Shown here: positions 9,068 to 18,658 of the stretch, piece after piece
Layout of the letters: the number at the start of each line of letters is the position of its first letter
How positions within the stretch are numbered: the stretch's first letter is position 1
DNA from: an uncultured Bacilli bacterium
Lineage (GTDB): Bacteria > Bacillota_I > Bacilli_A > RF39 > UBA660
Length of the DNA: 64,000 nucleotides
Assembly: GCA_944358535.1 (NCBI GenBank)
Contig: CALVRH010000001.1
Span: forward strand, 23,708-87,707
Direction of reading: 5' to 3'
The notes under the pieces: generated by a model
What the model saw: only the letters and a program-made list of their open reading frames with translations
Told to the model about the DNA's origin: nothing
The model's database searches: none
Position numbers and translations under genes: made by a program

Positions 9068-10477
9068 TTAATTATTTACTCCATGGGTGACCATTGGGGT
9101 ACTCATGGTTATTTTATCAAAACTATAACCATTATTTTTACCAAATTGAATAATACTTTTTAGGGCATCTCTAGTTTGGGGTTTTATATCGTGCATTAAA
9201 ATGACATTGGCTCTATTTTTGCTTAGGTTTTTAACAACATTATTGTATACGGTTTTAGAGCTTCTAGCGCTTCCTGCGTCGTCACTATCAACATTCCAGT
9301 CAAAGTAATGATAGCCTTTATTTACAACGTCTTTTGTAAGAGTAGTCATGATACCTTTTGAGTATTTTTTTGAAATGGTATTGGATGAACCTCCTGGAAA
9401 TCTAATTATTTTTGATTCATATCCAGTTATTCTTTTAACTCTATTTTGGACTTGTAATAGGTCATTATAATAATTATTTACTGAACTATAAACTGTTGAA
9501 TAGTTATGAGTTGCAGTGTGAAGTCCAACGGTATGTCCTTCATTATATTCTCTTTTTATTAGAGAATCTGGACCACTATTAGTGACAAAGAATGTGGCTT
9601 TGACATTTTCTTCTTTTAAAATATCTAAAATAACGTTTGTCGTGCCTTCTTTTGGGCCATCGTCGAAGGTTAGATAAATGATACCTTTATTAACCGTGGA
9701 ATTATTTTTTACAGGTTTATTTATTACTTTTACAGTTCTATCTATACTAAAGGTATTACTGGTAGAATCTTTAACTGTATAATTTATTTTGTATGTGCCT
9801 ACTTTATTGGTATTTACGCTTCCGGATGTTATGACTTTACTAGTTAAATCATTATCACAATTATCAGCTGCAGTATAACCTGGTTCTTTCCAAGATTCAC
9901 CAATATATATGGTTTGAGACTGATTTCCTTTTAAGGTTATTGTTGGACTGGTTTTATCTTCTTTAGTGATGGTTCTAGTTAGTTCAGTTTTATTACCTGA
10001 CGAATCTTCTACTTTATATGTTATGATATTGTTTTTAGTAATAACTTGAACTTTGCTTGTGATGTCACCATCATAATTATCTATTGCTTTATAACCTTCT
10101 TCTTTATATTCTTTATTTGGACATATGGTTATATTTTGATTTCCTGTTAAAGTTATTTTTGGCTTTTCTTTATCTATTAGTTTAACTTTTCTTATTTGTT
10201 TAAATGTTAATCCGTTTATTTTTACTTGATATATTATGTCATATGTACCTAGTTTGTTTTTATTGATTTTATTAGTTATTTTTACATTTTTTGAATAATC
10301 ATGGCCAAATTTTGTTACTTTATAACCTGGTTCTTTATATTTTTGACCATATTTTAAGGTTATGTTTTGTCCTTTAGTTAATTCAAATTTTGGCGGCCAA
10401 AAAAATAAAACTACTAGGCTAATTAATAATAAAATAATTATAATTATAATTATACTAATAACGTACTTCTTTTTCAT
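9068..10477 (-). CDS. Polysaccharide deacetylase (PgdA-like) with three N-terminal Ig-like (DUF5011-type) domains
   Basis: 469 aa. TM anchor, three repeats of the ...G.Q.ITI..GE.WKEPGY.A.DN.D.D.TSKV... type, then NodB domain (LTFDDGP, HTATHNY, RFPGGS, LMHD). Confidence 0.8.
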   Translation of the reverse strand: MKKKYVISIIIIIIILLLISLVVLFFWPPKFELTKGQNITLKYGQKYKEPGYKVTKFGHDYSKNVKITNKINKNKLGTYDIIYQVKINGLTFKQIRKVKLIDKEKPKITLTGNQNITICPNKEYKEEGYKAIDNYDGDITSKVQVITKNNIITYKVEDSSGNKTELTRTITKEDKTSPTITLKGNQSQTIYIGESWKEPGYTAADNCDNDLTSKVITSGSVNTNKVGTYKINYTVKDSTSNTFSIDRTVKVINKPVKNNSTVNKGIIYLTFDDGPKEGTTNVILDILKEENVKATFFVTNSGPDSLIKREYNEGHTVGLHTATHNYSTVYSSVNNYYNDLLQVQNRVKRITGYESKIIRFPGGSSNTISKKYSKGIMTTLTKDVVNKGYHYFDWNVDSDDAGSARSSKTVYNNVVKNLSKNRANVILMHDIKPQTRDALKSIIQFGKNNGYSFDKITMSTPMVTHGVNN

Positions 10478-10485
10478 ATTTTCTC

Positions 10486-11118
10486 CTATTTATTTTGATA
10501 TTCTAGGGCTTCTTTTAGTGAGTATTTACAACCACAATATTTTTGACGATAAAGGTTATATTTGGCGGCGAGTTCGTTACTTCTTTTATATCCTTCTTTC
10601 TTTTTGAAGTCGGAGTACAAGTATTTGATACCATATTTTTCAGATAAAACCTCACCTATTTTGTTTAATTTTTCACTATTTTTATAAGGACTTACTGATA
10701 AAGTGGTAGTAAAGTAATCAAAGTTATGTTTTTTGGCTAGTTTAGCGGTTTTTTCTAATCTTAGATAAAAACATTTGGTACATCTTTCGCCACCTTCTTT
10801 TTCGTTTTCCAAGCCTTTAGCGATAGATTTGAATTCTTTACTTTCGTAACCTATTTCTAATATTTTTATTTTGAATTTCATTTTTAGGATTATTTCTTTT
10901 AGGGTATCAAATCTTTTTAAGTATTCTTCTTCTGGATATATGTTTGGATTATAGTACAAAATGGTGACATCAAAAAAAGGATAAAGCCTTTCTATAACTG
11001 AACTACTGCATACTCCGCAGCAAGCGTGAAGTAATAGTTTGGGTTTACCTTTTAAATTTGTTATAGTTTCTTCCATTATTTGATTATAATTTGTTTTCAT
11101 AATTTCACCTTTATTCAA
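10486..11118 (-). CDS. queH: Epoxyqueuosine reductase QueH (DUF208 family)
   Basis: 210 aa. LLLHACCGVCSS Fe-S motif near N-terminus and C-terminal ...YRQKYCGCKYS, characteristic of QueH. Confidence 0.7.
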   Translation of the reverse strand: MNKGEIMKTNYNQIMEETITNLKGKPKLLLHACCGVCSSSVIERLYPFFDVTILYYNPNIYPEEEYLKRFDTLKEIILKMKFKIKILEIGYESKEFKSIAKGLENEKEGGERCTKCFYLRLEKTAKLAKKHNFDYFTTTLSVSPYKNSEKLNKIGEVLSEKYGIKYLYSDFKKKEGYKRSNELAAKYNLYRQKYCGCKYSLKEALEYQNK

Positions 11119-11137
11119 GGATATTATAACACAAATA

Positions 11138-12625
11138 TTACATAATTAAAACATCGCCAGTCATTTCTTTAGGAATTGTTAATCTAAGAACTGTTAATAC
11201 AGTTGGTGCGATATCTGATAATTTGCCATTTTTAAGTTTGATGTTTTCTTTAGTGATTAAAAAAGGTACGGGATTTATAGAATGGGAAGTAATGATATTC
11301 CCTTCATTATCTTGCATATAATCGCAATTTCCGTGATCGGCGGTAACGATTAATGTGCCATTTAGTTTTTTTATTTCTTTATAAATTTTACCAACACATT
11401 TATCTACTGCTTCAAGAGCTTGTACAGTGGCTTCGAAGTTACCGGTATGTCCGACCATATCACCGTTAGCAAAGTTTAAGATTATGACATTATAGTCTTT
11501 TAGTTTTGGAATTAAGGTTTTAGTTATTTCATATGCGCTCATTTCTGGTTTTAAGTCATATGTGGCGACTTTTGGTGAAGGTACTAGTATTTGGTCACAA
11601 TGACTTAGATTATCTTTATTTTCACCATCAAAGAAGTATGTAACATGGGCATATTTTTCCGTTTCTGCAATTCTTAATTGAGATAATTGGCTTTTTTCTA
11701 AAACTTCTCCTAAATAGTTGGTTATTTTAGGATGAGTGAATAGGTTTGTACATATTACATTTTTATCAACGGGAAGCATAGTAATGAGTTTTAAATTTGG
11801 GATGAATTCTCTTTTAAATTCTTTAAAGTTTTCATTTGTTAAGGCTGTAAATAGTTCTCTTAAGCGGTCAGGTCTAAAGTTAAAGACAATAATACCATCA
11901 TTTTCTTTGATAATGCCATTAGTATGAGTGAATGGAACAATAAATTCATCGGTAATTTTATGTTTATAACTATCTTTTATTTTCTTTTTTATGTCATATG
12001 TTTTGGTTATTTCGGTCATTTCTTTATAGGCTTTTTTAATGCGATTCCATCTATTGTCTCTATCCATGGAATAATATCGGCCTGAAACTGTAGCTATTTC
12101 GCCAGTGTTTGTACTTTTAATTTTATCTTCTAATATTTCTATAAATTTTAAAGCTTCTTCTGGCTTAGTGTCTCTACCGTCGGTAAAGATATGATAGTAA
12201 ATATGATTGATGTTTTCATTTTTTAAAATATCGATTAAACCTAGTAAGTGATTAATATGGGAGTGAATACCACCATCACTTAATAGTCCACATACATGTA
12301 AATCTGAGTTATATTTTTTCAGATGTTTGATGAGACTTTTATATTCTTTGTTTTTAGGTATTTCTCCATTTTCAATAGCTTCGGTGACTATGTCTAGGGA
12401 TTGTTTTGGTATTCTACCTGTTCCAATGTTTATATGTCCTACTTCGCTATTACCCATTTGGCCTTCTGGTAAGCCAACTGATGGGCCACTTGCTTCTAGA
12501 GTGGTATGAGGATATTTACTAAATAACATGTCTAAATTTGGTGTACTAGCGGCGCTTAAGGCATTTCCGTGAGTGTTTGGTCTAATCCCGACTCCGTCTA
12601 AAATACATAATAATAATGGTTTCAT
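11138..12625 (-). CDS. gpmI: 2,3-bisphosphoglycerate-independent phosphoglycerate mutase
   Basis: 495 aa. N-terminal LLCILDGVGIRP...GNSEVGHINIG and C-terminal ...TADHGNCD... metal-binding motifs of iPGM. Confidence 0.9.
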   Translation of the reverse strand: MKPLLLCILDGVGIRPNTHGNALSAASTPNLDMLFSKYPHTTLEASGPSVGLPEGQMGNSEVGHINIGTGRIPKQSLDIVTEAIENGEIPKNKEYKSLIKHLKKYNSDLHVCGLLSDGGIHSHINHLLGLIDILKNENINHIYYHIFTDGRDTKPEEALKFIEILEDKIKSTNTGEIATVSGRYYSMDRDNRWNRIKKAYKEMTEITKTYDIKKKIKDSYKHKITDEFIVPFTHTNGIIKENDGIIVFNFRPDRLRELFTALTNENFKEFKREFIPNLKLITMLPVDKNVICTNLFTHPKITNYLGEVLEKSQLSQLRIAETEKYAHVTYFFDGENKDNLSHCDQILVPSPKVATYDLKPEMSAYEITKTLIPKLKDYNVIILNFANGDMVGHTGNFEATVQALEAVDKCVGKIYKEIKKLNGTLIVTADHGNCDYMQDNEGNIITSHSINPVPFLITKENIKLKNGKLSDIAPTVLTVLRLTIPKEMTGDVLIM

Positions 12626-12639
12626 TTTATCAACTCCTT

Positions 12640-13401
12640 TTATTTATATAGGCTTATTATGGTATCTAAGTTTATTTGCAGTAGTAATAGTAATGTGGCT
12701 CCAGCTACAAGAAATGGTCCAAATGGAATTATATTATCTTTTTTCTTTAATAAAATAATTAAGGCGATTGGAAGACCAATTAATGAGCCAATAAATATTG
12801 ATAATATTGCGATGGGATAAGTTAGAACCATACCGAAGACAAATAATAATTTAATATCTCCTCCGCCCATTGATTCTTTTTTAAATATAAAGTCTCCAAA
12901 TTTTTTTAGTAGAAACATGGTTAAGAATGCAAAAAAACCATTTAACAGTGAATTGAGTGCTGGCTTTAAGCCATCTATAGCAAGTATTTCTACGAATAAG
13001 ATAATTGCGAAAGTTATTAGTACTTCATCAGAAATTATGAGATAATGATAGTCGCTGACGACTATGATGATCATCATTGAAACAAAGGTTAAGGCAATTA
13101 TTAATTTTGGAGTTAGTCCAAAGGAAATATAACATAGGACAAAAAGGATACCGGTTAGTAGTTCAAAAATTGGATAAAATAAAGATATTTTTTGATGGCA
13201 ATGTTTACATTTTCCTTTTTGAAATATATATGACAATATAGGTATTAATTCTATGTTTGTTAACCTATGATTGCAATTTGTACAATGGCTTGGGGGAAAG
13301 ACGATTGATTCACCTTTTGGAAGTCTATAGCCAACTACATTGTAAAAGGAACCAAAAATAGTTCCTATTATGAATATAAATATACCAATGATTATTTCCA
13401 T
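12640..13401 (-). CDS. Prepilin peptidase (A24 family, PilD/ComC-like)
   Basis: ORF 12640..13452. Start trimmed to ATG at 13401 (MEIIIGIF...) with AGGTGA RBS and no overlap with the upstream gene. N-terminal Cys tetrad (C..C...C..C), multiple TM helices and the conserved ...GGGDIKLL... aspartyl region. Confidence 0.75.
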   Translation of the reverse strand: MEIIIGIFIFIIGTIFGSFYNVVGYRLPKGESIVFPPSHCTNCNHRLTNIELIPILSYIFQKGKCKHCHQKISLFYPIFELLTGILFVLCYISFGLTPKLIIALTFVSMMIIIVVSDYHYLIISDEVLITFAIILFVEILAIDGLKPALNSLLNGFFAFLTMFLLKKFGDFIFKKESMGGGDIKLLFVFGMVLTYPIAILSIFIGSLIGLPIALIILLKKKDNIIPFGPFLVAGATLLLLLQINLDTIISLYK

Positions 13402-13411
13402 ACCATCACCT

Positions 13412-15142
13412 TTATGCTTGAATTTGACCGTACATTGAGAACATTGGTACAACGATTGATAAAACTATGATTCCAACCATAACGGTTAATAAGATGATTA
13501 AGGCTGGTTCCACAAATGTTTTAATACGTGTTACTGAATTTTTATGTAGGTCTTGATAATATAGGGCAATTTTATTCATCATTTCTGGAAGCTGGCCAGT
13601 TCTTTCTCCTGTTACAATCATTTCGTATGCTGGAATTGGAAATGCCCATTGATCTTTAAAGGCAGATGAAATTGATTTACCTTGAGCAATGTTGTTAATG
13701 GCATCATATATTAAGGATCTATATATTTCGTTATTTGTTACTTTATCTAATATTTCCATACTATCTGTTATGAATACATTATGTGATAGTAATGAGGAAA
13801 ATGTTTTTGAAAATGTTGTTACTTCTTTATATATGATTACATCACCAAATACAGGTAAGTGCATTAATGTCCATTGAATGGTTCTTCTAAATGATTTAAC
13901 ATTTTTATATAGATAAATACATAATACTAAGATTACAACAACACTAATACCTATATATATTATATATTTTTGTAAGAAGTTACTTACAGCTAAAACAGCT
14001 AAGGTAATACCTGGTATTTCGGCATTATCCATAGAATTATATATTTCAATAAATTTAGGAACGACATATAGCATTATGAAAGTTCCAACGCCAATAGCAA
14101 TAACAAAAATTATTGTTGGATAAAGCATTGCGGTTACCATGGCTTTTCTGGTGGCTTCAATTTCTGAAAAGTATTCTTCCATGTCATCTAATGTTTCTGG
14201 TAGTTCTCCAGTCATTTCAGCTGTTTTAACCATATTTGTTAAGATTGACGGAAATGCATTTTCTTGTTTTTCGAGCGCTTCACTAAAGCTTTTTCCAATT
14301 GATAAATCATAGTTTAAAGTAGATAAAATTCTTTTATATTTTTTATTTTTAAATTGTTTAGATAAGATATTTATTGCTTCGGCAAGTGGCATTCCGACTT
14401 TTAAGTACGTAGATACTTGAGCTAGGAAAAAGATTAAATCTTTTGTTTTGAATTTATCGTGTGATCCACCTACACTACCATACATGGCATTTATCCATCT
14501 ATTTGTTCTAATACTATAGACGATGTTGCCTTGACTTTTTAAATATGAATGTACTTCCACTAAGGAAAAGGCTGAGAAGTATCCTTTAATTACTTTTCCT
14601 TCAGGATTTCTAATTATATATTCATAAGTTTGTTTTTCTTTTGTTTTTTGGGCTTCTGGTCCTTCATAGTTGATGGTCATTTCTTCAGCATTTTGATATT
14701 TATCTTTGATTTGACCAAGTCCAAGGACATTTTTAATTTTATCTGAAAAACTTAATACTTCTGTTCCGAATTGATCTAATTTTTCACTAGCTGTTTTATC
14801 TTCTAATTTTGAGCTATCTTGAATATAGTCGTTTAATCTTCTTTGGGCTTTCTTTTCTTCTTTTTCTTGTAATTTCTGTCTAGTTTCTTCTTCTTTTTGT
14901 TTTTTTAATGCCTTTTCTTGTTCGTGCTGGGCTAATAAGATATCTGTTTTTTTATAAATATTTTCGGTTTTTTGAGAATTTATGGTTACTTTATCTTTTT
15001 TATCTTTAGCAAATAATTTTACAAGCATTGCCATTAATGCAACTATTCCCAAAAAAACGTATTTTATAAATGAAAAAAATATTTTTATAACGACTAAAAG
15101 ACCTTCAAAAATATATTTAAATGGTGAAAGTACTGTTTTCAT
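13412..15142 (-). CDS. Type II secretion/type IV pilus platform protein (GspF/PilC family) with long N-terminal extension
   Basis: 576 aa. Two T2SSF-type segments (...FLAQVSTYLKVGMPLAEAINIL... and ...PEMMNKIALYYQ...) in the C-terminal 400 aa. An extra ~170 aa N-terminal region has a TM helix and a charged coiled-coil (KKQKEEETRQKLQEKEEKKAQRRL). Confidence 0.75.
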   Translation of the reverse strand: MKTVLSPFKYIFEGLLVVIKIFFSFIKYVFLGIVALMAMLVKLFAKDKKDKVTINSQKTENIYKKTDILLAQHEQEKALKKQKEEETRQKLQEKEEKKAQRRLNDYIQDSSKLEDKTASEKLDQFGTEVLSFSDKIKNVLGLGQIKDKYQNAEEMTINYEGPEAQKTKEKQTYEYIIRNPEGKVIKGYFSAFSLVEVHSYLKSQGNIVYSIRTNRWINAMYGSVGGSHDKFKTKDLIFFLAQVSTYLKVGMPLAEAINILSKQFKNKKYKRILSTLNYDLSIGKSFSEALEKQENAFPSILTNMVKTAEMTGELPETLDDMEEYFSEIEATRKAMVTAMLYPTIIFVIAIGVGTFIMLYVVPKFIEIYNSMDNAEIPGITLAVLAVSNFLQKYIIYIGISVVVILVLCIYLYKNVKSFRRTIQWTLMHLPVFGDVIIYKEVTTFSKTFSSLLSHNVFITDSMEILDKVTNNEIYRSLIYDAINNIAQGKSISSAFKDQWAFPIPAYEMIVTGERTGQLPEMMNKIALYYQDLHKNSVTRIKTFVEPALIILLTVMVGIIVLSIVVPMFSMYGQIQA

Positions 15143-15250
15143 CTTGACACCTTCCTATTCTCATACACTAAAAATATTATAACATATTATGTTTTAAAAT
15201 AAAACTTTTTTTAGTTAAAACATATAATATTTTAGAAAGGGGCATAAATC

Positions 15251-15598
15251 ATGAATTATTATAATCCCTATTATTATATGATGCCTACTGTAAGTTCTGG
15301 CTTGGGACGTGGGTTATTTGGAAATACTTTACGTAGTGGAATTAATTGGTCGACTATTTTGAATGGTGCTCAAAGAACATTAAATCTTGTTAATCAGGCG
15401 ATTCCGATTGTTAAACAGGCGGCTCCAATGATGAGAAATGCGAAGACAATGTTTAAGGTAATGAATGAGTTTAAAAAGGTAGAGACACCTTCAAGCAATG
15501 ATTCTAATAATGTTAGTTCAAGTGTGAGTTCTGAAAATATGACTAATGAAAATGCCCAAGTTATTTATAGTAGTGGTGGACCAACATTTTTTGCTTAG
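15251..15598 (+). CDS. Small YqfQ/VrrA-like protein
   Basis: 115 aa. Y/P-rich N-terminus (MNYYNPYYYMMP) and a central ...TILNGAQRTLNLVNQAIPIVKQAAPMMRNAKTMFKVMNEF... segment resembling the B. subtilis YqfQ family. Followed by a strong terminator. Confidence 0.4.
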   Translation: MNYYNPYYYMMPTVSSGLGRGLFGNTLRSGINWSTILNGAQRTLNLVNQAIPIVKQAAPMMRNAKTMFKVMNEFKKVETPSSNDSNNVSSSVSSENMTNENAQVIYSSGGPTFFA

Positions 15599-15599
15599 A

Positions 15600-15640
15600 A
15601 AACGTTAGATTTTTTTTCTAACGTTTTTAAGATTATGTTT
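15600..15640. terminator. Bidirectional rho-independent terminator
   Basis: aaaacgttaga-tttttttt-ctaacgtttt: perfect 9-10 bp inverted repeat with A/T runs on both sides, between convergent genes. Confidence 0.75.
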
Positions 15641-15641
15641 T

Positions 15642-16613
15642 TTATATATTGCCTTCAATTCTATATGGGTTATTTATTGTTCCATTTCCAACTAAATTAA
15701 TATGTGAAGATATGTAAACTACTGGCATAACATAATAAGGAGTGTAACTTTTTAGTGGTGTAGATAGAGTGCCAGTTGCGTTTTCAGTAACTATATATGC
15801 GGTACGACCCGAGCTGTCGTTTGGCTCAGTCATGGTCCATGACCCTCCACCATATAAATCTGTTAAAGGTGTGTATAACCAATTTTTTGTTTTGCATATT
15901 TCATAGTTATCTTTATCAAGTTCGATAGTTCCACAATTTATATAATCAGAATTTGCTTTTAAATATTCTGATACTGTTATTAATCCCATATATCCATTCC
16001 ATTGAACTGATTTTTCATCTTTAATTAATTGACCTAGATAGCTAGTACTGTCATTACTTATTAATTTTCCTGCATTCCAAGCATGGGAAATAACTTTTTC
16101 TTTATCACGCGCTAATAAACCATTATACTTGTTTGGCAAAACACTTTTAACTAATGAGGATTCTGCCCAATTTGTTTCATAATCCCCCCATATCGTTCTG
16201 CTATTGGCTTTAGTATTAATATCAGTATCTATCAATTTAATTGTTTCGTCTGATTCAAAAGATAATATTCGCCAATTTTCATCATTAAATCTAATATAAT
16301 TTTTGGGTGATGTTCCTCTATAGATATATTTACCTTCTTCATATTCATCTTTATATAGTCCATCACCTGAAGTAACAATTTCTATTGGATTATTATTAGC
16401 TATAGGAGTATCTGGTTTTGAACATTTTACATATAACTCGTCAATTGCGCTTTGGACATCGTTGCTTTTTAAACCACTATTTGTATTATCATAAGTCACG
16501 TCATTACTTGGAAAATAGGTAGCAGCTGTAACACCGGCTGTTCCAGCGATAAAAATGCCAAGCATAAAAATAAATATTCTGTTTTTAATTATTTTCTTAA
16601 TTTTATGTTTCAT
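15642..16613 (-). CDS. TM-anchored surface protein, 'ATYFPS-DVTYDNT / W-T-S-P ... VRP' paralog family (member A1)
   Basis: 323 aa. N-terminal TM helix, conserved ...AATYFPSNDVTYDNTNSGLKSNDVQSAIDELYVKC..., C-terminal ...NWLYTPLTDLYGGGSWTMTEP...YYVMPVVYISS. About 40% identical to the 50843..51772 product. Confidence 0.5.
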   Translation of the reverse strand: MKHKIKKIIKNRIFIFMLGIFIAGTAGVTAATYFPSNDVTYDNTNSGLKSNDVQSAIDELYVKCSKPDTPIANNNPIEIVTSGDGLYKDEYEEGKYIYRGTSPKNYIRFNDENWRILSFESDETIKLIDTDINTKANSRTIWGDYETNWAESSLVKSVLPNKYNGLLARDKEKVISHAWNAGKLISNDSTSYLGQLIKDEKSVQWNGYMGLITVSEYLKANSDYINCGTIELDKDNYEICKTKNWLYTPLTDLYGGGSWTMTEPNDSSGRTAYIVTENATGTLSTPLKSYTPYYVMPVVYISSHINLVGNGTINNPYRIEGNI

Positions 16614-16725
16614 AATTTACCTCTCTTTTTCGACAATTTCTTTACTATTTTATGGTTACAATTTTATTATATGTCTTTATTGCAGACATGTCAAGCATAA
16701 ATTGTCTTATTTTGAGATAATTTGG

Positions 16726-16974
16726 ATGGTGATAAATATGATAGGAAATGTGCTTAGATATATGAGACGGAAAAATAAATATAAACAAGGTCAAATAAGC
16801 AGAATTGTTGGAGTTGCTAGAAATACTATATCACAGTATGAAACAGAGACAATTCAGCCTACTTTTGATATGATTGAAAAAATTGCTCATAATTGTGGTT
16901 ATAAAATTTACTTTGAGAGTTTAGATGGAAAAGACAGATTTCAAAGTAAAGATATTAGTAGAAAAGAATTGTAA
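16726..16974 (+). CDS. XRE-family helix-turn-helix transcriptional regulator
   Basis: ORF 16555..16974 trimmed to ATG at 16726 because the 5' part overlaps the convergent minus-strand gene. ...LRYMRRKNKYKQGQISRIVGVARNTISQYETETIQPTFDMIEKIAH... is a typical HTH_3 domain. Confidence 0.6.
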   Translation: MVINMIGNVLRYMRRKNKYKQGQISRIVGVARNTISQYETETIQPTFDMIEKIAHNCGYKIYFESLDGKDRFQSKDISRKEL

Positions 16975-16995
16975 AAAAAAATAACGTTTTAGGCG

Positions 16996-18597
16996 TTATT
17001 TTTCATTTATATTTTCATATTTTTGCAAGTACTCTTCATATGTCATTTGTTTATCTATATATGATCCGTCTTCTTTAATTAATATTACTCTATTAGCTAA
17101 TGTGGTTGTTAGTTCTGTATCATTACTCGTGAAAACGATTGGACCATCAAATTTATTTAAACCATTATTTAAAGCTGTTATTGATTCAATATCTAAGTGA
17201 TTTGTTGGCTCATCTAGTAATAATACATTACCTTTATTTAACATCATTTTGGCAAACATGCATCTAACTTTTTCCCCACCTGATAGAACGTTTACTTTTT
17301 TTAAGGCTTCATCAGCAGAAAAAAGCATTCTTCCTAGAAAACCTCTTACAAAGGCGTCCTCTTTATTTTCTGAATATTTTCTTAACCATTCGATTAGATT
17401 TTCATCGGTATTAAAATATTTATCATGATTTTTAGGATAATAAGAAGTTATAACGGTGGTTCCTAATTTGATTTCTCCACTATCTGGTTTTTTCTTTCCG
17501 GCTAATATTTGTAGTAAAGTAGTTTTTGCAAGTTCGTTTTCACCGATTAGGGCGATTTTATCGTCTTTTTTTATGTTTAGGGTAAAGTTTTTTAATACTG
17601 TTTTATCGTTAATTTTGACATTTATTTTGCTTAAGGTTATGATTTCTTTACCTAGTCTTTTTTCATAATCGAAGTTAATATAAGGATATTTTCTTGATGA
17701 TGGCTTTAATTCATCTAAGGATATTTTTTCTAGTAGTTTTTTTCTTGAAGTTGCCTGTTTTGATTTTGAGGCATTGGCAGAGAATCTTGCAATAAATTTT
17801 TCTAATTCTTTTATTTTTTCTTCTTTCTTTTTATTTGTTTGTTTAATTTGCTTTTGCATAAGTTCGTTTGACTGATACCAAAAGTCATAATTTCCAATAG
17901 TTATTTGTATTTTTTCTCTATCGATATCGACCATATGAGTACAGACGGTATTTAGAAAATGTCTATCATGTGATACTAGAATTATTGTTCCTTTATAGTC
18001 TTCTAAAAAGTTTTCTAACCACATTTTACTTTGAATATCTAGGCCGTTAGTTGGCTCATCTAATAATAAAATATCTGGATCACCAAATAGTGCTTGGGCA
18101 AGAAGAACTTTAACTTTATCTTTATCTTTTAAGTTTTTCATTTTTTGGTCAAATAGTTTATTTGGGACACCTAGTCCAGCTAGTAAAATTGAAGCATTAC
18201 TTTCAGCTTCCCAACCATTTAAGGCCTCAAATTCGGCTTCTAACTCACCTACTTTAATGCCATCTTCGTCGGTAAAGTTTTCTTTGGTGTATAAGGCTTC
18301 TTTTTCTTGCATGATTTGATATAATTTATCATTACCCATGATTACAGTATCTAAAACGGTATAATCGTTATACAAATTATGATCTTGTTTTAAATATGAT
18401 AATCTTTCACCTTTATCTTTTATTACTTCTCCAGTAGTACTATCTAATTGACCTGTTAATATTTTAAGTAATGTACTTTTACCGGCTCCATTAGCACCAA
18501 TAACACCATAGCAGTTTCCTTCACTAAATTCTAAGTTTACATTTTCAAATAGAATTCGTTTTCCATAACGAACAGATAAGTTTTGGACTTTAAGCAT
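16996..18597 (-). CDS. ABC-F family ATPase (two tandem ABC domains, no TMD)
   Basis: 533 aa. Walker A GANGAGKST and second GENELAKTT, signature LSGGEK, inter-domain K/E-rich linker (KQTNKKKEEKIKELEKFIARF). Ribosome-associated ABC-F type. Confidence 0.85.
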   Translation of the reverse strand: MLKVQNLSVRYGKRILFENVNLEFSEGNCYGVIGANGAGKSTLLKILTGQLDSTTGEVIKDKGERLSYLKQDHNLYNDYTVLDTVIMGNDKLYQIMQEKEALYTKENFTDEDGIKVGELEAEFEALNGWEAESNASILLAGLGVPNKLFDQKMKNLKDKDKVKVLLAQALFGDPDILLLDEPTNGLDIQSKMWLENFLEDYKGTIILVSHDRHFLNTVCTHMVDIDREKIQITIGNYDFWYQSNELMQKQIKQTNKKKEEKIKELEKFIARFSANASKSKQATSRKKLLEKISLDELKPSSRKYPYINFDYEKRLGKEIITLSKINVKINDKTVLKNFTLNIKKDDKIALIGENELAKTTLLQILAGKKKPDSGEIKLGTTVITSYYPKNHDKYFNTDENLIEWLRKYSENKEDAFVRGFLGRMLFSADEALKKVNVLSGGEKVRCMFAKMMLNKGNVLLLDEPTNHLDIESITALNNGLNKFDGPIVFTSNDTELTTTLANRVILIKEDGSYIDKQMTYEEYLQKYENINEK

Positions 18598-18658
18598 AAT
18601 TCATCACCTTCTTTACATTATACAGTAAATATTGATTTTTTCAAAGAAAAAGAAGAAA

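Noticed and set aside
12573-12758. Assorted 60-110 aa plus-strand ORFs inside long minus-strand genes (e.g. 12573..12758, 17456..17668, 18714..19043, 19564..19830, 22818..23120, 27024..27206, 38252..38590, 43392..43673, 60306..60533)
   Set aside because: All are embedded antisense within well-supported conserved genes. AT-rich genomes yield many such spurious frames.
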